Positions 39,094 to 47,091 of a stretch of 64,000 nucleotides of DNA are shown here, piece by piece. Numbering within the stretch: position 1 is the stretch's first letter; each line of letters starts with the position of its first letter. Where the stretch lies: the NCBI GenBank assembly GCA_037441475.1, contig JBBISB010000001.1, positions 71,272 through 135,271 of the forward strand, read 5' to 3'. The stretch comes from Candidatus Iainarchaeum sp. Its GTDB lineage: Archaea; Iainarchaeota; Iainarchaeia; Iainarchaeales; CSSED10-239. Under the pieces are notes generated by a model that was not told the DNA's origin, ran no database searches, and saw only the letters and a program-made list of their open reading frames with translations. The position numbers were made by a program, and so were the translations under genes.

Positions 39094-40548
39094 TCACAAT
39101 TTTATCTCTTCAATATCAATAGATTTTAAGATACTTTCAGTTCTTACATCTGTTGTTATTCTTGAAAGAATAGAAAGGTTTTTAGATAAACCACAGTTTG
39201 GTCCATCAGGAGTTTCAACAGGGCAAAGTCTACCCCAGTGTGTTCCATGAACATCTCTTGCTTCGTAAAGCTCTCTTTGAGAATCAAGAGTGGATTTTAC
39301 TTTTCTAAGATTTGTTAAAGGAGCAATAAAGTTCATTCTGTCCATGAATGTACAAACACCAGTAACATTAGCAACCCAGGTTCCTGTACTTACAGCAAAT
39401 TTAATTCTTTCAGAAATTGCATCTGGTCTAATAACTGTTGTAATGTTTAATTTTCTATGTCTTGAAATTGTTCTATCTATCTGGAACTTTAAGTCGTTTA
39501 CAAAATGTTTAAAGGAATATCTAAATAAGTTTTCCATTAATTTACCTGAAAGTTCAAGTCTTTTGTTAGCGTAGTGATCTTTGTCTTCATCTTCTCTTAA
39601 CTTATATGTTTTTTCAATAATCTTTGTAGACATTGTAACTAAGTAGAAGGCCTTTGCAGCTCTGTCCTTTTTATTTTGACCAATGTGTGGTAAAAGAAAG
39701 TAATCAATAACCTCTTGTGCTCTTCTTAACCTATATGTCTGTGTTTGAGAAGGAGCAACAGCTTTTCCTATCTTGTCTAAGGCTTCTTGCTCTGAGGTAC
39801 AACCTATCTTATCAATGTTTAATAATATTTCGTTTTTAAAAACTTTTTCATCAGAGAAAAGTTCTAAAATATCTTTTTCCTTAACAACCCCTAAGGCGTT
39901 TAAAAGTTCTACTAAAGCAAGTTTTCTAGGAGAGGATGGAAAGGAAACATACAAAAGTCCTTCTAAATTTCTTTCAATCTTAACTTTACCTTTAAAAGCT
40001 CCTTTAACAGAGATTACTTGTGCTTTAACAATACCAGCAGCCTCGTTTATTAAGATTCTATCAAGAGCTAGAACTTCTTGTGTGATTAATGCTTTCTCAG
40101 AACCATTGATTATGAAGTATCCACCAAAGTCAAGTGGGTCTTCTCCTTGTTCAATTAAGTCTTCTTCTGAAAGTCCATGTAAATTACAGTATTTTGATTT
40201 TACTAATATCGGAACTTCTCCAACATATGTTCTTTTTTCATCTATTAAAACATCTTTTCTATAAAGCTTAATGTCAAGATAAATTGCACCAGCATAATTG
40301 ATGTTTCTTTGTCTTGCTTCCATTGGTGTAAGTCTTAGTCTTGCACTTCTGTCTGCTTCAACAATTTCTGGTTTAAAGATTTCTACATTTTCAAGTTTTA
40401 TTTTAACATTGTTATTACATTCAATATTTGAATATTCATCAACAATTTCTGGTATCTTTTCCTCAATAAACTGATCAAAGGATTTTAATATTTGATCGAT
40501 AGGTCCTGCAGACTTATAGTAAGCTTCAATTAATGGCCAATTATCCAT
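39094..40548 (-). CDS. rpoB2: DNA-directed RNA polymerase subunit B'' (N-terminal part of B)
   Basis: 484 aa. The protrusion/lobe region is colinear with the archaeal Rpo2N, and it ends ..CPVETPDGPNCGL just before B'. Confidence 0.97.
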   Translation of the reverse strand: MDNWPLIEAYYKSAGPIDQILKSFDQFIEEKIPEIVDEYSNIECNNNVKIKLENVEIFKPEIVEADRSARLRLTPMEARQRNINYAGAIYLDIKLYRKDVLIDEKRTYVGEVPILVKSKYCNLHGLSEEDLIEQGEDPLDFGGYFIINGSEKALITQEVLALDRILINEAAGIVKAQVISVKGAFKGKVKIERNLEGLLYVSFPSSPRKLALVELLNALGVVKEKDILELFSDEKVFKNEILLNIDKIGCTSEQEALDKIGKAVAPSQTQTYRLRRAQEVIDYFLLPHIGQNKKDRAAKAFYLVTMSTKIIEKTYKLREDEDKDHYANKRLELSGKLMENLFRYSFKHFVNDLKFQIDRTISRHRKLNITTVIRPDAISERIKFAVSTGTWVANVTGVCTFMDRMNFIAPLTNLRKVKSTLDSQRELYEARDVHGTHWGRLCPVETPDGPNCGLSKNLSILSRITTDVRTESILKSIDIEEIKL

Positions 40549-40599
40549 TCATAATCACATTTTCTTTATATTTTTGTTTGTTTTTTAAAAAAAGAATAT

Positions 40600-40959
40600 T
40601 TATTGATCATTAACTACTCTTCTGTAGTAATAAACATCCCCAATGATTTCGTTTTTTCTTTTAATCTTAATGACATCTCCGATCTTAACTTCAAGATGTC
40701 TTATTGCTGAATCAGTAATTAAAATAAGTGGTAATTTTTCAACAAGTATGTTTTTTAAAGCAAGCTCAGCAATATCTTTTTCGGTTGCTAAAGTATGTGC
40801 TGGTATTAAACCATGAACAACTTCGTCTTTTAATCTTCTTTGTCTTCTAGTCTTTCTAATATTTTTAGTTTTTGACCCAGAATCGTCATCTTCATCAAAA
40901 CCATCGTCTTTTAAAGAATCTTCTTCCATAATAAAATTTTCGTCATCCAAAATAAACAC
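40600..40959 (-). CDS. rpoH: DNA-directed RNA polymerase subunit H with an acidic N-terminal extension
   Basis: The C-terminal ~70 aa match the RpoH pattern (H.L.P.H....E.....L.......LP.I...D...R......GD..KI.R......YYR.V). It is the first gene of the rpo operon. The start is GTG/TTG/ATG and is ambiguous. Confidence 0.8.
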   Translation of the reverse strand: MFILDDENFIMEEDSLKDDGFDEDDDSGSKTKNIRKTRRQRRLKDEVVHGLIPAHTLATEKDIAELALKNILVEKLPLILITDSAIRHLEVKIGDVIKIKRKNEIIGDVYYYRRVVNDQ

Positions 40960-41353
40960 CTTCTTAAAAAAGCTATACTTATAAATATAATCTCATAATT
41001 TCTTGTCTTAAACTCAATAGTGATAAACATATATTGTTTTTATAATTTGACGGCACAGATAAATATAGAGATGATAATAAGAGCATATAGTAATTAAACA
41101 GCAAAATATTTATAAAGAGAATGGTTTTTTGCTTCAAAAAGTAGTAAAAAAGTTTTTAAATGGGTTTTATGGTTTTCTTTAAAAACTTGCTTTTTTTGCT
41201 CTTTTTTATAAAAAATAAAAAGAAAGGTAAACATATATTTATATATATTGTAACCTAAACTTTTAAATAACTTACCTTACATAATATAAGTATATATTTA
41301 AAAATATATTAAATATTTAAAAATATATTAAATATTTAAAAGGTGTATGAAAA
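40960..41353. promoter_or_regulatory. Divergent promoter region between rpoH and the KaiC-like gene
   Basis: 394-bp AT-rich intergenic region between divergently transcribed genes. TATA-like ATTATATTTATAAG lies upstream of rpoH. 19-bp tandem repeats lie upstream of the KaiC-like gene. Confidence 0.5.
41295..41341 (+). repeat. 19-bp perfect tandem repeat, about 2.5 copies (TATTTAAAAATATATTAAA)
   Basis: Units are at 41295-41313 and 41314-41332, with a partial unit at 41333-41341. The repeat ends at the SD AAAGGTG of the KaiC-like gene. Confidence 0.9.
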
Positions 41354-42064
41354 ATGGAAAGAGTACCAACCGGAGTTTTAGGCTTTGATGAACTTATTGA
41401 TGGTGGAATACCAAAAGGAGCAACAGTGCTTGTTTCAGGTGGAGCTGGATCTGCAAAAACAATTTTTGCAACAACCTTCATATATGAGGGTGCAAGAAAA
41501 TATGGTGACGCTGGTTTATTTGTAACTGTTGAAGATAACCTTAAAAATATTGTTTGGAACATGGAAAATTTTGGATGGGATATTAGATCTTTAGAACAAA
41601 GAAACTTAATGAAGATATACAGAATGCATATTGATCCAAGAAAACCAATTGAACCACAAATAGATAAAGAACTTGATATTATTACATCTATGGTTAAAGA
41701 TATTGGGGCTAAAAGACTTGCAGTTGATTCAACTACTGCTTTTTCTGCATGGATAAATGATGCAGGAAAATTAAGAAACCTTCTTTTTAGATTTTCAGAT
41801 TATCTAAAAGATTTAGACTGTACAACCATCCTTACAGCTGAAACAGCTGGTGGACCACATGACTTCTCTGCTTTCGGTGTTGAAGAGTTTGTTGTTGATG
41901 GTATATTTATGATGTATTTTATACCTCCTCACAGATCAATCTTTATAAGAAAGCTTAGAGGAACAAAGCATGATCAAAAGGTACATCCTTTGTTTATAAC
42001 TCCAAAAGGAATTGAAATTAATCCACATGATGAGATTATGTGGTCTTCAATAAGGCAATACTAG
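41354..42064 (+). CDS. KaiC/RecA-superfamily single-domain ATPase
   Basis: GVLGFDELIDGGIPKGATVLVSGGAGSAKT (Walker A variant) and the Walker B-like LAVDS are present. The 236-aa size is typical of archaeal KaiC-like/ArlH-like proteins. Confidence 0.8.
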   Translation: MERVPTGVLGFDELIDGGIPKGATVLVSGGAGSAKTIFATTFIYEGARKYGDAGLFVTVEDNLKNIVWNMENFGWDIRSLEQRNLMKIYRMHIDPRKPIEPQIDKELDIITSMVKDIGAKRLAVDSTTAFSAWINDAGKLRNLLFRFSDYLKDLDCTTILTAETAGGPHDFSAFGVEEFVVDGIFMMYFIPPHRSIFIRKLRGTKHDQKVHPLFITPKGIEINPHDEIMWSSIRQY

Positions 42065-42098
42065 AGCCCCTTTAGAAAAGTGGCTTTTACCCCAAAGG
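42064..42098 (+). repeat. GC-rich 3'-UTR motif, copy 2 (GAGCCCCTTTAGAAAAGTGGCTTTTACCCCAAAGG)
   Basis: It overlaps the last base of the KaiC-like TAG stop. Its first 23 nt are identical to the reverse complement of 31302-31324. Confidence 0.85.
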
Positions 42099-42203
42099 TT
42101 TATGCGTAATATTTAAAGAGATGGTTTTAACTTTTAAAAAAAAACCAACTTTCTTTTTCTTTTTTAACTTTTTTAATAAAAAAAAACATAAGGTGAAAAA
42201 CAA

Positions 42204-42772
42204 ATGAATGAAAAAATATTAATTATATATGCACATCCTAATAAAGATGGATACAATTAAGAAATTTTAAAAAATACAGAGGAATTTCTAAAAAAAGAAA
42301 AAAAGACTATAAACTATTAGATCTTTATAAAATGAAATTTAATCCTTGCCTTGATAAAGAGGAAATGATAAGAGAAAACAAACCATCAAAGGAAATTATA
42401 GATATCCAAAAAGAAGTAAAAGAAAGAGATACCTACATCTTTATCTACCCAGTTTGGTGGAGAGGTATGCCAGGTATCTTAAAAGGTTTTGCAGACAGGG
42501 TTTTTTCAGCAGGTTTTGCTTTTAAATATGTAAATTCAATGCCTGTAGGCTTATTAAAAGGAAAGAAAGCACTGGTGCTTACAACCACAGGAGCTCCAAG
42601 CTTCTATAATCTTTTAACATGCAATAGAGGTGCAAAGGCTCTTACAAGAAATGTTTTAAAATTCTGTGCAATTAAAACAAAAACATATACTTTTTCAAAA
42701 GCCTTAAACATTGAGAAAGATAGAGAAGATGTTAAGAAAAAAGTTTTAAAAATTCTTAAAAATAATTTTTAA
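42204..42772 (+). pseudogene. Flavodoxin-like-fold NAD(P)H oxidoreductase, in-frame TAA plus frameshift
   Basis: SD AAGGTGA and ATG at 42204. The product begins MNEKILIIYAHPNKDGYN*EILKNTEEFLKKEKK, with a TAA at 42258-42260. The A7 run 42298-42304 is one A short of restoring ..KDYKLLDLYKMKFNP.., which is the track ORF 42332..42772. Confidence 0.7.
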
Positions 42773-44514
42773 GAATTATTTTTTTGCATTTCAAAAAGTC
42801 TTGAAACCTCTTTAATAGAGGTTGTTTCTTTTTCTGATTTATCAAACCTATATTTCACAAATCTAGGAAACCTTAAAGCCAAGGTATCCTCACTTCCTTC
42901 CAACGGAGTTGTATGAACAGAACTTACAGTTATGTCATCAAAGTTAATCTCAACAACAATTTTTGGAATAACATAAAAATCAGGCTCAATGTTACAAACA
43001 ACATTTTCTTGTTTCTTAAAAATAGTTAAGTTCTTTAACCTTTCAGAAAGATCGTTTAAAACATCATCCTTTAAACCACTTCCAACCTTTGCAAGAGAAT
43101 AAAAACAATCTTTCTTTTCATCATAAAGCCCAACCAAAAGAGCACCAATACCGGTGATTGTTCTTTTTCCTTGACCATAAAAAGCACCTAAGATAACTGC
43201 ATCTATGGTATCAAGATTATCTTTATCATAGGACTTTTTATACTTTATCCAGTTAAAGCCTCTTGAACCTGCTGTATAAGGAGAAGTAAGGTCTTTAGCT
43301 ATTAAACCTTCAAAACCTTGTTCTTTCACTTCAGAGAAGAAATTTTCTAAATCTCCTAAAGAAGAGGTAACCAGTGCCCTTGTAGGGGTTATTAAAGGAG
43401 GGTAATTGAAGTTGTCCTCAATAATTTTTCTTCTCTCACTAAAGGCCTTAAGATAAACTTTTTCATCTTTAAAAAGAATAATATCAAAAACCTTAAGATG
43501 AAGAGGAAGTTCTTTTGATTTTTCAGAAATATCATACTTTCTTTTCCTCTGCATAGTTATCTGAAAGAAATGATATTTATTGTTCTTAGAATCATAGGCA
43601 ATAGCCTCACAATCTATTATAAAATCAAAATTAATTTTTAAAACAGCAGAAATAATGTCTGGAAACATGTTTGTTATATCTTCTTCATTTCTTGAAAAGA
43701 TTTTAACATTTCCTTTATACTTATGAATCTGCATCCTGAAACCATCTATCTTAGAGTCAATTAAGAAAGGTCCCTCTTTTCCTAACCTTTCAAAAATCTC
43801 AGATAAGTCTTTTGATCTTTCACAAAGAGCTGGTTTAAGAGGGATGAATGGTTCAACAAAGATATTCTTTATGCCATTAATCTTATTTTCTTTAAACTTT
43901 CTTGCAAGAAGCCCTAAATCAGAAACATGATTATATTTTTCTAAAAGTAAATCTCTTGCTTCCTTTTGTCTTTCCTTTTCTTCAAATAAAGAAAGAGCAT
44001 CAATTATGGTTGAGTCTGAAAAACCTAAACGTAAGGAGATTGGAAACCTAACTATGTATTTTGCAGACTTTAAATCACTTCCATAAAGTATGGACTCAAA
44101 GAGTCTAATCTTTTGATCAATTGCACCCTTTCCATCAATTAAAGTCATTCTCTCAAAAGTGGAATAAACCTCTCTAAAGGTATGTTTTTTTATAAAAAGA
44201 GTTTGCTGTTGTTTTTTAGATTTTAAATTTTCAATAACAAGACAAAGATCTCCAAGTTCTTTAAAGCTTTTTTCAATAGTCTCCTCAGTATGTCCAAGAT
44301 ATCTTGCAATTACAGAAACTAAAGTTGAGGCCCCAATATTTATTTCCTTTCCTTGATACTTAGGACCAATCTTACCTTGACAAAAATAGATTAAACTTGA
44401 AATCTCCTCTAAAGAAGCTCTATAGAAAAGCTCAGATAAGATATCTTTCATCTCAAGACGACTTGCTGTTTTTTCAAGTCTTTCAAAATACCTTACAACT
44501 AAACTAAAATCCAT
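42769..44514 (-). CDS. lig: ATP-dependent DNA ligase
   Basis: 581 aa with the adenylation motif I DSKIDGFRMQIH, EGLIAK, and a C-terminal OB-domain region. Confidence 0.93.
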   Translation of the reverse strand: MDFSLVVRYFERLEKTASRLEMKDILSELFYRASLEEISSLIYFCQGKIGPKYQGKEINIGASTLVSVIARYLGHTEETIEKSFKELGDLCLVIENLKSKKQQQTLFIKKHTFREVYSTFERMTLIDGKGAIDQKIRLFESILYGSDLKSAKYIVRFPISLRLGFSDSTIIDALSLFEEKERQKEARDLLLEKYNHVSDLGLLARKFKENKINGIKNIFVEPFIPLKPALCERSKDLSEIFERLGKEGPFLIDSKIDGFRMQIHKYKGNVKIFSRNEEDITNMFPDIISAVLKINFDFIIDCEAIAYDSKNNKYHFFQITMQRKRKYDISEKSKELPLHLKVFDIILFKDEKVYLKAFSERRKIIEDNFNYPPLITPTRALVTSSLGDLENFFSEVKEQGFEGLIAKDLTSPYTAGSRGFNWIKYKKSYDKDNLDTIDAVILGAFYGQGKRTITGIGALLVGLYDEKKDCFYSLAKVGSGLKDDVLNDLSERLKNLTIFKKQENVVCNIEPDFYVIPKIVVEINFDDITVSSVHTTPLEGSEDTLALRFPRFVKYRFDKSEKETTSIKEVSRLFEMQKNNS

Positions 44515-44544
44515 TTATGCTTACCTTCTTTTTTAAAAAAGATT

Positions 44545-46008
44545 TTAATAGCTTCTTCCAACATAAACAATATTTTTTGCTTTTTGCTTGCAGATAACAC
44601 AAACATCGTTTTCATCAGGAATTTCTTTAACATCCATTCTTACTCCTCTAATATCTGCACCATTTGTCTTAGACTTAAGCTCTTCAAAACAAGGCTTACC
44701 GTCCATATCAATGGAACAAAAAGGAACTCTAGCTACATGGTTGTCATTAATTACTTCTTTTAAATCTTCTATTGTGTCAACAGTGATAATTTTATCTTCA
44801 AAAGAGGCATCTGCTTGCTCTCTTAAGTTGTCCAAGAATTCACTCTCTATCTTTTTAACTTCATCAAAGATATCAGCAACATCAACCTTTATTTTTTCAT
44901 TTAAATCTCTTCTGAAAAGAACAACAGTTCCTGAAAAGATATCCTTAGGTCCAACTTCAAGCCTTATAGGAACACCCTTCATCTCATACTGTGAAAATCT
45001 CTCTCTTGGTGTTTTAGATGTTTGATCATCTATCTTTACTCTATACCCAAGTTTATCTAGATCTTGTGCAATATCTATACAGAAAGCTTCAAGCTTAGTG
45101 TTATCAAAATCACTAAAATACAATGGAACTAAGATAATCTGTATAGGAGCTAAATCAAAAGGTATCCTTAAGCCTAAAGAATCACCATGAACACATATCA
45201 TTCCACCATATATCCTTGATATAGCAGGACCATAACATGTTCCAAAAGGATACTTTAAGGTATCATCTTTATCCTTAAACTTAACATCAAAGGTTTCTGT
45301 AAACTTTGTTCCTAAAAGATGTGTTGAAGGAAGTTGTAATAATCTACCGTTATCTAAAATAACATCAGCTGCAAAAGTATCTACAGCTCCTGGAAATTTA
45401 TCCCACTGTGGTCTTTTAAAAAATATAAAAGGTATACCAAACTCTCCATGAAGCATATCTTCAGTTATTTGCATATCTTCATAAACTTGGTTTACAGCAT
45501 CTTCTAAACTTTCAAAAATATTATGAGATTCATACCAATAAAACTCTCTACCTCTTATAAATGGTTTTGTAGCTTTAGAGTCAAATCTAAAGACATTAGC
45601 TCTTTGATATGTCTTTAAAGGTAGGTCTCTATAACTCTGCACCCAGTATTTAAACATGAAATAAAAAGCAGTCTCTGAAGTTGGTCTTAAAGCATACTTT
45701 TGTTCAAACTCTTCATCCCCATGCTTTGTTACCCAGAAAACCTCAGGTGTAAAGCCTTCAATATGTTCTGCTTCTTTTAAGAAGTTTTCTTCAGGTATTA
45801 AAGTAGGCATCATTACTTGTTGATGTCCTGTTTCATTAAATTTTTCTTCATATACTCTAAACATTCTTGAGATTGAGAAAACTGACCAAGGCCTGAAAAC
45901 AGTAAATCCTTTTAAGTTATATCTAATATCTATAAGCTCTGCTTTAAAGATTATATCATTAAACCATTCGTTTAAATCTTCTATTTTATATTTTTCATCT
46001 GAAGGCAT
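44545..46008 (-). CDS. proS: Prolyl-tRNA synthetase (archaeal/eukaryotic type)
   Basis: 487 aa with class II motifs (RPTSETAFYFMF, FRFD.KATKPFIRGREF) and a C-terminal zinc-binding domain ending in Y. Confidence 0.93.
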   Translation of the reverse strand: MPSDEKYKIEDLNEWFNDIIFKAELIDIRYNLKGFTVFRPWSVFSISRMFRVYEEKFNETGHQQVMMPTLIPEENFLKEAEHIEGFTPEVFWVTKHGDEEFEQKYALRPTSETAFYFMFKYWVQSYRDLPLKTYQRANVFRFDSKATKPFIRGREFYWYESHNIFESLEDAVNQVYEDMQITEDMLHGEFGIPFIFFKRPQWDKFPGAVDTFAADVILDNGRLLQLPSTHLLGTKFTETFDVKFKDKDDTLKYPFGTCYGPAISRIYGGMICVHGDSLGLRIPFDLAPIQIILVPLYFSDFDNTKLEAFCIDIAQDLDKLGYRVKIDDQTSKTPRERFSQYEMKGVPIRLEVGPKDIFSGTVVLFRRDLNEKIKVDVADIFDEVKKIESEFLDNLREQADASFEDKIITVDTIEDLKEVINDNHVARVPFCSIDMDGKPCFEELKSKTNGADIRGVRMDVKEIPDENDVCVICKQKAKNIVYVGRSY

Positions 46009-46092
46009 AGTTAATCACACGTCTATAAGTAATATATAATATAGGTCAATATATTTAAAAAAGAAACTATAGCTGTTTGTTTATACTAAAAA

Positions 46093-46887
46093 TTACTTTT
46101 TATAAGATTCAATAAACTTTTGTTTACTTATATACTCTATTAAATCTGCACTTGCAATTACTTCTGGAAGGAGGGAAATAATTTCTGAAGATAATTTTTC
46201 AAGTTTTTTTTTATTTTCTAAAAAATCATTTTTACTTTTTTCAAAAAGATTAGCATAATATTCTTTAATCTCTTTTTCAGCTTCTTTTGCTTCTTTTGCA
46301 TCTCTACTAGAGTTTCTAGAATTAACTTTTGAACTTTTTAAATCTGCAATTTCTTTCTTAAGTAAATCTTTTTTTAATTTATTAAGGTTATTATCTAATT
46401 GTTTGTTTGTAAGAAAAATATATTCTTTGTACTTTGAACTTAAAGAAGTGCTCTTACTATTAAAGTTTGAAAGAAACCTTAAAGCAACTCTCTCTTCTAA
46501 GCTTATTTTTCCTGATTTATATATTTCATTTAAAAAGATTCTAGGGTCTTGATTAATATCCAGCTTAAGTTTAAGAGAGTGTTTTCCATTAACAACCCTA
46601 ATATAATCATATAAAGTAGTTTTAGAAAAACTTGAAACATTTACAAGATTTAAGACATTTAAATCTGCTTTAAACTTTAAGTTACTTAAAAAAAGAGAAT
46701 TGTTAGATAAATTTATTTTATTTATTTTTTCAGAAATAATTTTTTTTCTTTCACCAAGCATATAAGAAAAAATCTTAACTTTTTGGTTATAAGATACAGA
46801 TTTTTTTAAAGTCTCTGCTTGAGGAAGATTTTTAAATCTAAATTTAAGTTGCCCAGAAGTTTTTAAACCATTACCTTTAGCTGCCAT
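46093..46887 (-). CDS. Hypothetical Lys/Ser/Asn-rich, probably coiled-coil protein
   Basis: 264-aa ORF with heptad-like K/E/L stretches in the C-terminal half and no motif. Confidence 0.4.
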   Translation of the reverse strand: MAAKGNGLKTSGQLKFRFKNLPQAETLKKSVSYNQKVKIFSYMLGERKKIISEKINKINLSNNSLFLSNLKFKADLNVLNLVNVSSFSKTTLYDYIRVVNGKHSLKLKLDINQDPRIFLNEIYKSGKISLEERVALRFLSNFNSKSTSLSSKYKEYIFLTNKQLDNNLNKLKKDLLKKEIADLKSSKVNSRNSSRDAKEAKEAEKEIKEYYANLFEKSKNDFLENKKKLEKLSSEIISLLPEVIASADLIEYISKQKFIESYKK

Positions 46888-46920
46888 AAAAAATCCTTAT
46901 TTTTAAAAAACTTAATAGAG

Positions 46921-46994
46921 TGGGACTGCCCCGATTTGAACGGGGGTCGTAAGCTCCCAAAGCTTATATGCTAACCAGGCTACACCACAATCCC
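46921..46994 (-). tRNA. tRNA-Pro (anticodon UGG)
   Basis: Hand-folded cloverleaf. The acceptor stem is GGGATTG/CAGTCCC with one G-U pair. The anticodon stem is TAAGC/GCTTA with loop TT-TGG-GA. The T arm is CCCCG-TTCAAAT-CGGGG. No CCA is encoded. Confidence 0.9.
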
Positions 46995-47091
46995 TTTGTT
47001 TACTTATATATATAGAAGCAATAAGTTTATAAACAAATATATTTTATGTTTACGTTTATTTATTTAAAAAAACTATTTTTAAAAAAATATA

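Noticed and set aside
39773-40264. Long antisense or overlapping ORFs inside conserved genes. Examples are 39773..40264, 39290..39574, 37997..38266, 33542..33826, 32876..33265, 32001..32387, 31682..32143, 44588..45025, 50573..50869, 5134..5508, 5977..6288, 28311..28511 and 60438..60626.
   Set aside because: Each lies entirely within a strongly supported gene on the other strand or in another frame. Their Ser/Leu/Phe/Ile-rich low-complexity translations are typical of shadow ORFs in AT-rich DNA. None has an SD or a recognisable motif.
41317-41562. 81-aa minus-strand ORF across the start of the KaiC-like gene.
   Set aside because: It is antisense to the conserved Walker-A region of the KaiC-like ATPase and to the promoter repeat. 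Nothing supports it.
10882-42304. Treating all frameshifts purely as homopolymer sequencing errors and annotating the genes as intact.
   Set aside because: This is not fully excluded, but it is disfavoured. The breaks cluster in accessory and metabolic genes, while much longer essential ORFs with comparable homopolymer content are unbroken. Several affected genes also carry substitution-type stop codons or a 60-bp duplication, which homopolymer errors cannot create.
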